From an uncultured Candidatus Binatia bacterium (GTDB lineage: Bacteria; Desulfobacterota; Binatia; UBA9968; JAJDTQ01): a stretch of 64,000 bases of DNA. Position 1 is the first letter of the stretch, and the number at the start of each line of letters is the position of its first letter. The DNA is taken from contig OZ219754.1 of NCBI GenBank assembly GCA_964291295.2, positions 2,400,001 through 2,464,000 of the forward strand, in the 5' to 3' direction. Positions 55,193-64,000 of the stretch are shown here, piece after piece. The notes below the pieces were generated by a model, which saw only the letters and a list, made by a program, of their open reading frames with translations, was not told the origin of the DNA and did no database searches. Both the position numbers and the translations under genes were made by a program.

Positions 55193-56210
55193 TCAGGACC
55201 AGCCGGTCGCCGCGGCGGTGATCGGCGCGTCGCTCACGATCTCGACTGATCGCGCGAGAGCTTCGCGAACACCAGGCTGGCCGCCGCCTCGGCCTCCGAT
55301 TCGTAGGAGCCGTGCTCCGCCCCCGTGGCGAGCTCGACGACGATGAACTGCGGGTTCCATGCAAGGATGCCTCTGAAGTGCGCGGACCGCTCGTGAGACC
55401 GTGCGGTGCACGCGGGACAACGGCAGGCGCCGAATGCCGGCCGGCCGCAATCGGTACACTCGGAGCGGGCGCGCCGCCGGGCGTAGCGCTCGCGGGCGCG
55501 TTCGTTCTTCCCGTCCTTGTCGCGGCGCTCGGCCTCGACGGCGGCGCAGACGCCGCACCGGGACTGGCCGTCGAAGGCCGGGCGGCCGCAGGAGACGCGG
55601 AGGCCCGCCGCCCGGCGGGCGCCGTACCGTTCCCGGTCCACGACACGGCGGGCTTCGAGGCATGACCCGCAGGTTGTGCCTCCTTCGACGGAAGGTTGGC
55701 GGCCACATCGGGTGCACACGCCGGCATCGAGCCGGGCCTGCCGGCGTTTCGCGCTGGCGAGACGGGCGCTCCGGCGCTTGGCCTCCGGGTCCTTGCCCCC
55801 GTAAGGCTCGCCCCGGGCGCCTGCCTCGGCGTAGCGTTGGCGGTCGGCGGCGCGGCGCTTTCCGGCGCAGCCGGCGCAGAGGCGCCGCTCTTCCTGCGGA
55901 GGATTGGCGCCGCACTTCGTGCAGACCCCCGCCGCGAGCCGCTCGGCGGCCTGCCGCGGGACCGGCCGCGCGCGCAGGACTTCGCGCGCTCCGGGTCCCT
56001 GCGCGGTTTGCCTTCGGCCCGCAGCCGGGCGTCGCGGGCGCGGCCGGTGGCACGGGCACGCTCGGCGCACGGCTCGCAAATGCTTCGATCAGGCTCCGGC
56101 TGGCGCTTTCCGCGCTTCCGGCACAGGCCGGCGGCGCGACGTTCGGTAGTGCGCCAGGCCATTCGCTCACGGTCGCGCTCGCGGCCGACGGCGGGGTCGC
56201 GGTAACTCAT
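55193..56210 (-). pseudogene. Frameshifted Arg-rich protein with five CxxC..CxxC (Zn-finger-like) repeats
   Basis: MSYRDP.. start at 56210, frame changes near 55956 and 55246, and some repeats have Cys replaced by Arg (LCRKRG, GLRVSC). Confidence 0.65.
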
Positions 56211-56283
56211 CGGCTGCTCCGGGTCGGGGGGTGGAATACGGCCGGCGGCGGACTGCGGCGGGCCGGCAGGATGTCCGGGGCGA

Positions 56284-56610
56284 TCACCCGCGCTGGCGGC
56301 GGTCGGCGAAAATCCCGAGGCTGCGCCAGCCCCACAGCTGCGCCCCGCAGTGCCGCAGTCTGACCCCCGTCGCGATGATGATCTCGTCCCGGGCCGGACG
56401 CATCTCCTCAAGCGCCTTCGCGGTGACGATCGTGCCCCGGGCCTTGCGACGGCCCTTGTGTGCCGCGCCGCCAGACCGGACGGGAACGATCTCGCCATCG
56501 GTCTTCGAGACGTAGCGCTCGACGACATAACGGTCGTCCTCGAGACCGCCGCCGACGAAATGGATGAGATAGGTGCGCGCGTCGCCGCGCGGTGCGATTG
56601 CCGCCTGCAT
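56284..56610 (-). CDS. Hypothetical protein (108 aa)
   Basis: ATG after an AAGGAG RBS; MQAAIAPRGDARTYLIHF... Confidence 0.45.
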   Translation of the reverse strand: MQAAIAPRGDARTYLIHFVGGGLEDDRYVVERYVSKTDGEIVPVRSGGAAHKGRRKARGTIVTAKALEEMRPARDEIIIATGVRLRHCGAQLWGWRSLGIFADRRQRG

Positions 56611-56802
56611 CGTGCCGTGCTCCTTCGACAGGTGAATGGGAACGGCGGCAGCGCCCCTCCCTGCGGAGCGCGGACCACCGTCCCGCTCACGGCCAGACTT
56701 CGCCTCTCGGCGGCGCTCCGGCGCCGACGAGTGACGGCCCCTGCGACGGCTATACGGATACCGGCCGGCGCGGCCTCTCCAGTCGGGGGGCGCGCCGGTG
56801 TC

Positions 56803-56833
56803 TTGATTGCATCGCAGTCTCTGATAGGATGCA
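56803..56833 (+). promoter_or_regulatory. Putative TA promoter with inverted-repeat operator
   Basis: TTGATT-16 nt-TAGGAT overlapped by TGCATC-N14-GATGCA, just upstream of the antitoxin gene. Confidence 0.45.
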
Positions 56834-56860
56834 GCTGGCCGGTAGGCGGAGGACAGGGGC

Positions 56861-57106
56861 ATGGTGAGCATCACGATCCGCAATCTCGACGACGAGGTGA
56901 AGACGCGGCTGCGTGTGCGGGCCGCGGAACACCACCGCTCGATGGAGGAAGAAGCGCGCATCATCCTATGTGATACGGTGAACGACGGGCGGGCTTCGCC
57001 CCGGGACCTCGCGAAGTTCACGCGAGAGTGCTTCGCGCCGCTGGGCGGCGTCGAGCTGGAGCTTCCCACGCGGGTCGCAATGCGCGAGCCGCCCGACTTC
57101 TCCTGA
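56861..57106 (+). CDS. FitA/StbC-like RHH antitoxin
   Basis: SITIRNLDDEVKTRLRVRAAEHHRSMEEEARIIL and GGVELELP..REPPDF. Confidence 0.88.
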   Translation: MVSITIRNLDDEVKTRLRVRAAEHHRSMEEEARIILCDTVNDGRASPRDLAKFTRECFAPLGGVELELPTRVAMREPPDFS

Positions 57107-57117
57107 GCCGCCCGGGA

Positions 57118-57540
57118 ATGTATGTCATAGACACCAATGTGGCGTCCGAACTGATGCGGCCTTCACCGTTTCGCGTCGTCTCGGCGGGGATTGCCGGTCG
57201 AGACGCGGCAGAGTTGTGCCTGTCGGCCGTGAGCGAGGCCGAGCTTCTGTACGGCGTCGCGATCGTGCCGGCGGGCAGACGGCGCAATGCACTTGAGGCC
57301 GCCATGTCCCGATGGCTCGATACCGGCTTCGCGGAGCGGATTCTGCCGTTCGACAGCGCCGCGGCGCGGGACTATGCGGACATCGTGGCGGGCCGGCGTT
57401 TCGCCGGACGTTCGATCGCCCCGGCGGACTGCCAGATCGCCGCCATCGCCGGCTCGCGCGGCATGGCGGTGGCGACCCGCAATGTCCGGGACTTCGAGGA
57501 TACCGGCATAGAGGTCGTCGATTCTTGGGCGGCGGCATGA
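57118..57540 (+). CDS. vapC: PIN-domain toxin (VapC/FitB family)
   Basis: IDTNV.SELM, SEAEL, ILPFD, ADCQIAAIA and ATRNVRDF acidic residues intact. Confidence 0.88.
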   Translation: MYVIDTNVASELMRPSPFRVVSAGIAGRDAAELCLSAVSEAELLYGVAIVPAGRRRNALEAAMSRWLDTGFAERILPFDSAAARDYADIVAGRRFAGRSIAPADCQIAAIAGSRGMAVATRNVRDFEDTGIEVVDSWAAA

Positions 57541-59681
57541 GCGGCACGACGGAAGCCTTCGCGCGGGTGAAGGTCGACAAGCTGCTTGAGGACGCCGGTT
57601 GGAACCTGACGGACGGTTCTAGCGTCCTGTTCGAGTATGCGCTGCCCGACGGCACACAGGCCGACTATGTGCTCTGCGACCGGCAGGGCCGGCCCATGGC
57701 AGCGCTGGAAGCCAAGCGGGCGAGTATCGATCCAATTGCGGCGCAGGACCAGGGCCGGCACTATGCCGAACAGCTCGGGGTGCCGTTCGTGTTTCTCTCG
57801 AACGGCGAGGAAGTGCGGTTCCTCGACCGCGAGGCCGACGCCCACGCGCGCAAGGTCGCCGGCTTCTACGCCCGGGACGACCTCGAACGGCGCATTGCGG
57901 CGCGCCGGAGCCGCCGCGACCTGTCGGCGGTCGCCATCGACCGCAGGATCGTCGACCGGCCCTACCAGATCGAATGCGTCGAGGCCTTGTCCGCCGAAGT
58001 CTCGCGCGGGCGGCGCAAGCTGCTGGTCGAGATGGCGACGGGCACCGGCAAGACCCGCACGGCGGCGGCCTTCATCAAGCGGCTGTTCGAGGCGGGCATC
58101 GTCACCCGTGTGCTGTTCCTGGTGGACCGGATCGCCCTGGCCCGGCAGGCCGAAGACGCGTTCACGGACCATCTGCGGGACTACCCCTGCCACGTGCTGC
58201 GGCCCGGCCGGCGGTTCGACCGGGCCAAGCGCGTCACGGTTGCGACCCTGCAGACCATGATCGCCGAGTTCCGCGACCTCTCGCCGGGCTATTTCGACCT
58301 GGTCGTCACCGACGAGTGCCACCGCTCGATCTACGGCGAGTGGAGCGGCGTGCTGCGGCACTTAGATTCGATCCAGCTCGGCCTCACGGCGACGCCGTGC
58401 ACGGCGGAGGCAGACACGCTCCCCGATCCGGAGGACGGGCGGTTCGTGCGCGATACGCTGCGCTTCTTCGAACTCGCCGAACCCACCTTCCGCTACGACC
58501 TGCGCCGGGCGATCGAGGAGGGTCATCTCGTGCCCTACCGCATCTACAGGGCGATGACGGTGAAGACCGCCGCCGAAGACGGGTTCCCCGTCCGCCGCGG
58601 CGAGCTCGACTGGAGCGCGATGGACGAGGCTGCGCAGGCTGAATTCGAGGCGCTGTTCGCCGATTCGGACACGATCACGGTGGACCCGCAGGCGCTGGAG
58701 CGCCGGTTCACCGTCCCGGAGCGCAACCGCGCCCTGGTGCGCGAGTTTCGCGACGCGCACGACAAGGGCTTCATGGGCCGGGACGGCATCCGGCGCTGGC
58801 CGACTTCGGGCAAGACCCTGGTGTTCGCGGTGACCCGGCGCCATGCCGAGACCCTGGCGGAGATGTTCGACGCGCATTTCGCGGACCTGAAGCCGCATCC
58901 GGCGACGCGCTACGCCGATTTCGTGGTGAGCGACGCCGGCGGCGGGCCGGCGCCCGATGCGAGCGCCATCGTCAAGCGTTTCAAGGAGGAGGACTATCCG
59001 AAGATTCTCGTCAGCGTGAACATGCTGGACACCGGTTTCGACTGCCCGGAGGTCGTCAACTTGGTCATGGCGCGGTTCACCCGCAGCGCCATCCTCTACC
59101 GGCAGATGCGCGGGCGCGGCACGCGCAAGGCGGACCACATCGGCAAGACCGGTTTCACGATCTTCGATTTCGTGGGCGTGACGGACTTCCACGGCGACGA
59201 CGATACGGGTATCGAGGGCGGCATAATGGATGCGCAGGGCCGCTACAGGCCGCATCGCGACCTGCGCGTGCTGCTGACCCTTGATGTGGACGACCATATC
59301 GACCCGGCGAGCCGCGAGTGGCTGACGCTCGACGAGGATGGCCGTATCGTGCGGACGCCGGAGCACGAAGCGCGGGCGGCGGAGGTCGGCATGCGTTTCG
59401 AGGCGTGGCGGGGAGAGCATGGCGGCTTCAATGCGGAACAGGCGCGCTGGGCCGGGCTGATCGGCAGCCGGGTGCGGGCCGACGCGATGAACATGGAGAA
59501 TTTCGGCGAATGGGACTTCGACGCGCACCCCTTCGCCGCCCTCGGGGGCTACGACCAAGCGCGGCGCGTGTTCGGTGGAACAGGCGCGCTGAACCGGCTG
59601 ATCGCCGGGATCAATGTTGCGCTGTTCGGCCCCCGGCAGGCTGGCGGCGAGGCCGAAATCGCCCGAGCCGGGGAGGGATAG
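57537..59681 (+). CDS. hsdR: Type I restriction enzyme R subunit (short, 714 aa)
   Basis: ADYVL..LEAK nuclease motif, Q..HYA, MATGTGKT, DECHRS, LTATP, MLDTGFD and QMRGRGTR. Confidence 0.88.
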   Translation: MSGTTEAFARVKVDKLLEDAGWNLTDGSSVLFEYALPDGTQADYVLCDRQGRPMAALEAKRASIDPIAAQDQGRHYAEQLGVPFVFLSNGEEVRFLDREADAHARKVAGFYARDDLERRIAARRSRRDLSAVAIDRRIVDRPYQIECVEALSAEVSRGRRKLLVEMATGTGKTRTAAAFIKRLFEAGIVTRVLFLVDRIALARQAEDAFTDHLRDYPCHVLRPGRRFDRAKRVTVATLQTMIAEFRDLSPGYFDLVVTDECHRSIYGEWSGVLRHLDSIQLGLTATPCTAEADTLPDPEDGRFVRDTLRFFELAEPTFRYDLRRAIEEGHLVPYRIYRAMTVKTAAEDGFPVRRGELDWSAMDEAAQAEFEALFADSDTITVDPQALERRFTVPERNRALVREFRDAHDKGFMGRDGIRRWPTSGKTLVFAVTRRHAETLAEMFDAHFADLKPHPATRYADFVVSDAGGGPAPDASAIVKRFKEEDYPKILVSVNMLDTGFDCPEVVNLVMARFTRSAILYRQMRGRGTRKADHIGKTGFTIFDFVGVTDFHGDDDTGIEGGIMDAQGRYRPHRDLRVLLTLDVDDHIDPASREWLTLDEDGRIVRTPEHEARAAEVGMRFEAWRGEHGGFNAEQARWAGLIGSRVRADAMNMENFGEWDFDAHPFAALGGYDQARRVFGGTGALNRLIAGINVALFGPRQAGGEAEIARAGEG

Positions 59682-59691
59682 CGCCGTGCCC

Positions 59692-61317
59692 ATGACCCCG
59701 GAACTGCGGCGCGGCATCGACCGCATCCGCGACTATCTCTTCGGCGGTGGCTACCCGAACCCGGCCCAGAATGCCGAGCAGTTGAGCTTCCTGATCTATT
59801 TCTACATGCACGAGGCGGCGGACGCGGCCCGGGTGCGGGCGGCGCAAAGGCCCGGCGCCCCTCCGTATGCCAGCGCCTACGAAGGCGAATGGACGCTGCA
59901 CGACCCGCGCAACGCCCGCTCGCCCGGCGCGGAGAGCGCGCCACGCGACCTGCTGCGCTGGTCGTCCTGGGCGCAGGCGCTGAACGGCGAACGGCTGGTC
60001 TCCTGGGTGCGCGAGGAGGTCTTCGCCTTCCATGCCGGGCTTGCGGCGAACGGCATCACCGACTTCATGGACGGCGCCCGGCTGGTGATCGACGAGCCGA
60101 CGGTGCTCACCCAGGTCGTGAGCCAGTTGAGCGACCTGCATCTCGACCGGGTGGACGCCGACACCAAGGGCGACCTGTTCGAGCATGTGCTGTGCCAGAT
60201 CCGCCAGGCCGGCGAACTCGGCCAGTTCCGCACGCCGCGCCATGTCATCCGCGCCCTGGTGCGGTTGGTCGATCCGAGGATCGGCGAGACGATCTGCGAT
60301 CCGGCGGCGGGCACGGCGGGGTTCCTGGTCGGCGCATGGGACCACATTCGCCTCGCCAACTCCTCGTCCGCCGGGACCGAGGAAGTCGAGGCCGACGGCA
60401 AGACCGTGCGGCGCGGCCTCGGCGACACGCTGGGCCGCGATGCGGTTCGGCAGTTGCAGGAGGCGACCTTCCACGGCGCGGATGTGGACCCGCAGATGGT
60501 CCGCCTCGCCACCATGAACCTGACGCTGCGAGGGCTGGACAAGGTGCGCATCCTGCGGCGCGATGCGCTCACCCGCTCCCTCGACCGCGCGGCGAAGGCG
60601 GAGATCGGCCTGCCGCCGGACGGGTTCGACGTGATCCTGGCCAACCCGCCCTTCTCCGGGCGGCTGGATCGCGACCGCATCGTCGAGGAGGTGAAGGTCG
60701 GGCGCACGGCGCAGACCGAGCTGCTGTTCCTGCAATACATGCTGAACCATCTGAAGGAGGGCGGGCGCTGCGGCGTGGTGGTGCCGGAGGGCGTGCTGTT
60801 TGGCTCCACCGGGGCGCACAAGGAACTGCGCCGCCGTTTGATCGAGAACAACCGGGTGGAGGCGGTGCTGTCGCTGCCGGGCGGCGTGTTCAATCCCTAT
60901 TCCGGCGTCAAGACCTCGCTGCTGCTGTTCCGCAAGGGCGGGGCGACGCAGCGCGTCATGTTCCTCCATGCGGAGAACGACGGCTTCAGGCTCGACGCCA
61001 ACCACGACACGCCCGTTGACGACGACGACCTGCCCGGCCTGGTCGAGGCGTTCCGCGACCGCGATGCGCGGTGGGCGGAATGGCAGGGCCGCGACCCGGA
61101 CGAGGACTGGACCGCGAACTGGTGGTTCGCCGGGGCCGACGCCATTCGCGCCGCCGACTTCAACCTCAGCGCCAACCGCCACCGGTCACCGAGCCGCGCC
61201 AAGGTCGAGCACCGCGACCCGCTGGAGATTCTGGAGGAACTGCGCGGCATCGAGACCCAAATCCTCGCAGAGATCGACGAATTGGGCGACGCGGTTCGGG
61301 GAGCCGTGGGGGAATGA
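59692..61317 (+). CDS. hsdM: Type I restriction-modification M subunit
   Basis: GQFRTPRH, DPAAGTAGFL, ILANPPF and VVPEGVLF. Confidence 0.92.
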   Translation: MTPELRRGIDRIRDYLFGGGYPNPAQNAEQLSFLIYFYMHEAADAARVRAAQRPGAPPYASAYEGEWTLHDPRNARSPGAESAPRDLLRWSSWAQALNGERLVSWVREEVFAFHAGLAANGITDFMDGARLVIDEPTVLTQVVSQLSDLHLDRVDADTKGDLFEHVLCQIRQAGELGQFRTPRHVIRALVRLVDPRIGETICDPAAGTAGFLVGAWDHIRLANSSSAGTEEVEADGKTVRRGLGDTLGRDAVRQLQEATFHGADVDPQMVRLATMNLTLRGLDKVRILRRDALTRSLDRAAKAEIGLPPDGFDVILANPPFSGRLDRDRIVEEVKVGRTAQTELLFLQYMLNHLKEGGRCGVVVPEGVLFGSTGAHKELRRRLIENNRVEAVLSLPGGVFNPYSGVKTSLLLFRKGGATQRVMFLHAENDGFRLDANHDTPVDDDDLPGLVEAFRDRDARWAEWQGRDPDEDWTANWWFAGADAIRAADFNLSANRHRSPSRAKVEHRDPLEILEELRGIETQILAEIDELGDAVRGAVGE

Positions 61318-62480
61318 GCTTCCCGGTCGTAAAGCTGGGTGATCTCTGTGAAATGGATCGGCAGGGGCTTGACCCGGACGACTCTACCGCGACGGAGCTT
61401 CGCTTCGTGGGCGTGGAGAACATCGAGTCCCAAAACGGTGTTATTAATTTCGCCAACGTCTCGCGCGTCGGGAGTCAAAGGAGCACGACTTTCCGGTTCG
61501 ACGAACGCCATGTCCTCTACGCAAAACTTCGGCCGTATCTAAACAAGGTTGCAACTCCTGATTTTTGCGGGAGGTGCTCGACCGAACTGATTCCGCTCCT
61601 GCCCCGGGAAGGTGTTGATCGCGAATTCGTTGCGCACCTGCTTCGGCGAGCACAGACCGTCGAGCACGCGATGTCGTCGATAACTGGTTCCCGAATGCCG
61701 CGAACCGACATGAAGGCGCTGATGTCGTTGCCGGTCCCCCTCCCGCCGCTCGACGAGCAGCGGCGGATCGCCGGCATCCTGAACCGGGCGGCGACGATCG
61801 AGCGGCTGCGGACGCAGGCGCAGGAAAGGATGCGGGAGTTCCTGCCCGCGCTGTTCGTCAAGATGTTCGGCGATCCCGCCACCAACCCGATGGGGTGGGA
61901 TACTGCGCATTTGGGCGATGTCTGCATAGTCAATCCTCGTGCCGAAAAGCTTTATCGCCCCGATAACATTCTTGTGAGTTTCGTTCCGATGGCGGCTGTT
62001 GACGAACGATCAGGAGAAATCATCCATTCCGAGAAGCGTCCGGCAGTGGATGTTTCCAAAGGCTACACATCGTTTGAAGAGGGAGACGTCTTGTTTGCAA
62101 AGGTTACCCCCTGCATGGAGAACGGGAAGACAGCATTGGCGCGGAATTTGACCAACGGCATTGGTCGGGGGTCAACTGAATTCTATGTTCTTCGGCCAGG
62201 GAAGCTCATTTTGGGAGAGTATCTCCATCATTTCGTACGCCGGGCTGAGTTTCGAAACGAAGCTAAAAGAAGCTTTACGGGGACAGCAGGGCAGCAACGT
62301 GTCCCCAAGTCTTTTATGGAAAGTACCTTGATTCCCCTTCCTCCGATCAACATGCAAAGACGCTTCGCAGATATAGCGGAGGCAGCGCAAGCCACAGTCG
62401 AGCGCATGGAATTTGCCGGCGGGATCGCTGCAACGCTGAATGCTTCCCTCATGTCTCGCCTCCTGGAGAAGATGGCATGA
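61314..62480 (+). CDS. hsdS: Type I restriction-modification S subunit
   Basis: Two TRDs separated by conserved PLPPLDEQRRIA and PLPPINMQRRFA segments; LFVKMFGDP..NPMGW. Confidence 0.9.
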   Translation: MSFPVVKLGDLCEMDRQGLDPDDSTATELRFVGVENIESQNGVINFANVSRVGSQRSTTFRFDERHVLYAKLRPYLNKVATPDFCGRCSTELIPLLPREGVDREFVAHLLRRAQTVEHAMSSITGSRMPRTDMKALMSLPVPLPPLDEQRRIAGILNRAATIERLRTQAQERMREFLPALFVKMFGDPATNPMGWDTAHLGDVCIVNPRAEKLYRPDNILVSFVPMAAVDERSGEIIHSEKRPAVDVSKGYTSFEEGDVLFAKVTPCMENGKTALARNLTNGIGRGSTEFYVLRPGKLILGEYLHHFVRRAEFRNEAKRSFTGTAGQQRVPKSFMESTLIPLPPINMQRRFADIAEAAQATVERMEFAGGIAATLNASLMSRLLEKMA

Positions 62481-62977
62481 CCGACATCGTGGACAGTAGG
62501 AGGCGGAGCGCGCTGATGGCGGGAATACGCAGCCGCAATACCACACCCGAACTGGTAGTTCGGCGAATAGCCCACAGGATGGGCCTGCGTTTTCGACTGC
62601 ATCGAACCGATCTTCCGGGCAGCCCCGACCTGGTGTTTTCGAAACATCAATTGGCCGTGTTCGTGCACGGCTGCTTCTGGCATCGACATGAAGGCTGCCG
62701 ATACGCCTCCACACCCAAGTCCCGAGCAGCCTTCTGGATGGAGAAGTTCGCTGCCAATGTCGCCCGGGATGCCCGCCAGGAAGCGGCCCTGAAGGCACGT
62801 GGCTGGCGGATCCTCGTCATCTGGCAGTGCGAAACGAAGGACCAGGCGCTTGTCGCGCACAAGCTGACCGTATCGGTATCCGGTTCGAAGGGGCGTCCCC
62901 CGTCGATGACGGAAGGGTCGGCCGCGGGATTATGGACCGTATGCGCTTCGGTGCTTCATAAGGCAGCGGGAACATGA
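62477..62977 (+). CDS. vsr: Very short patch repair endonuclease
   Basis: RS.LMAGIRSRNTTPEL, LPGSPDLV, FVHGCFWHRH and GWRILVIWQC. Confidence 0.93.
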   Translation: MTDIVDSRRRSALMAGIRSRNTTPELVVRRIAHRMGLRFRLHRTDLPGSPDLVFSKHQLAVFVHGCFWHRHEGCRYASTPKSRAAFWMEKFAANVARDARQEAALKARGWRILVIWQCETKDQALVAHKLTVSVSGSKGRPPSMTEGSAAGLWTVCASVLHKAAGT

Positions 62978-64000
62978 TCCATCGTAGCGATTCAGAGACT
63001 GTCGAGGTTTACGATTTCTTTGCCGGATGCGGGGGCGCGAGTTGCGGCTTCCGGTCTGCCGGAATGAAGGTCGCGTTTGCTCTGGACTACGATATGGATG
63101 CTCGGGCAAGCTTCGTGGCCAACTTCCCCGATGCTCATTTCGAGCTTGCGGATATCCGCAAGGTGCGGGTCGGGACAATCCGATCACGGGTAGATGCCGA
63201 GCGATCAAATCCGGTGCTTTTCAGCGGCTGCGCGCCGTGCCAACCCTTCACCAGACAGCATACGACACGGCCCATGCCCGACCGGGACGACCGTGTCCCG
63301 CTGCTTGTACACTTTGCTCGCTTGGTAGAAGGTTGCCGACCTGACCTCGTGTTTGTGGAGAATGTCCCGGGACTACAGAAGTTGTCCGCAGACAGCCAAC
63401 CCTTCGGCAACTTCCTGCGGCAACTGGACAGGGCGGGTTACGAGTTGGACTACCGACCCGTGTTGCTTGCCAAATACGGGATACCTCAAAGCCGCCGCCG
63501 GCTCGTCTTGGTAGGGAGCCGCCACGGAGCGATCCGTTTGCCCGATGAGACGCACGGGCCGGGAACGGACAACGAACAATACTCCACAGTCGGGGATTGG
63601 ATTGCCCATCTTCCGTCGATTCGAGCGGGCGAGGAACATCGGGATGTGCCAAATCATAGGGCAGCGAATCTGTCGACCCGTAATCTGGAACGTATCGAAG
63701 CGACGCCCGAAGGTGGCGGCAATCGGGATTGGCCGCAGCATCTGATGCTCGACTGCCATAGGGGATTATCGGGCTATAGCGACGTCTACGGCCGGATGTC
63801 ATGGGATGCGCCTGCATCGGGCCTCACCACGCGGTGCACAAGCTACTCGAACGGGCGCTTCGGCCATCCCGAGCAGGACAGGGCCATCAGCATTCGGGAA
63901 GCGGCCTGCTTGCAGACATTCCCCGAGGATTTCGCTTTCGAGGGCAGCATGGCGTCGATGGCGAGACAGATCGGGAATGCGGTACCGGTCCGTCTGGCGG
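62974..64000 (+). CDS. DNA (cytosine-5) methyltransferase (3' truncated by window edge; absent from the ORF track)
   Basis: ATG overlaps the vsr stop. Reads MIHRSDSETVEVYDFFAGCGG, SGCAPCQPF, VENVPG, QSRRR, EAACLQTFP and QIGNAVPV with no stop noticed before 64000. Confidence 0.9.
   Translation, partial: MIHRSDSETVEVYDFFAGCGGASCGFRSAGMKVAFALDYDMDARASFVANFPDAHFELADIRKVRVGTIRSRVDAERSNPVLFSGCAPCQPFTRQHTTRPMPDRDDRVPLLVHFARLVEGCRPDLVFVENVPGLQKLSADSQPFGNFLRQLDRAGYELDYRPVLLAKYGIPQSRRRLVLVGSRHGAIRLPDETHGPGTDNEQYSTVGDWIAHLPSIRAGEEHRDVPNHRAANLSTRNLERIEATPEGGGNRDWPQHLMLDCHRGLSGYSDVYGRMSWDAPASGLTTRCTSYSNGRFGHPEQDRAISIREAACLQTFPEDFAFEGSMASMARQIGNAVPVRLA

Larger units (their letters stand above)
52637..64000. 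mobile_element. Degenerate conjugative/integrative element-like region with defence cargo (left end undefined, continues past the window)
   Basis: DUF2493, ssb, small hypotheticals, a TA pair and R-M genes replace chromosomal catabolic genes, and several genes are decayed. No integrase or relaxase seen. Confidence 0.55.

Noticed and set aside
54240-56690. 816-aa minus-strand ORF
   Set aside because: Only a short part (from 56210) is the real N-terminus of the frameshifted Zn-repeat gene; the rest runs out of frame across other genes.
63027-63817. Small ORFs listed at the right end
   Set aside because: They overlap the cytosine methyltransferase frame starting at 62974, which the track missed because it has no stop inside the window.

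Overview
GC-rich bacterial chromosome segment. The gene repertoire is reminiscent of Binatia-type Deltaproteobacteria, but that is an impression only. Most of the window is housekeeping and catabolic genes: partial ettA, msrB, mutY, an orphan nuoB, grxD, nbaC, GMC/SDR/AKR oxidoreductases, amidohydrolases, UbiD, a molybdoenzyme large subunit, and ABC/MFS transporters. Two accessory blocks interrupt it. (1) An AT-richer island at about 9.3-15.0 kb holds two unknown membrane proteins, one an internal tandem duplication, facing a minus-strand unit of RHH regulator, DUF1156-like N6/N4 methyltransferase, PD-(D/E)XK nuclease and metallo-beta-lactamase-fold hydrolase. The RHH gene has a predicted leaderless sigma70 promoter. 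(2) From about 52 kb to the end lies a decaying conjugative-element-like region (hairpin-rich DNA, DUF2493/SLOG, ssb, a frameshifted Zn-finger repeat gene). It is followed by a tightly packed fitA-vapC-hsdR-hsdM-hsdS-vsr-dcm operon with four ATGA overlaps. Also notable: a nuoB-Rieske-GrxD-globin-ferritin/VIT1-nitroreductase cluster, a diiron-oxidase/Mo-enzyme/UbiD/cyclodeaminase operon, and three genes whose natural N-terminus begins at a non-canonical codon (ACG, CTG, ATA). No rRNA, tRNA, CRISPR array or integrase was recognised. All family calls come from motif recognition by eye, not from database searches.
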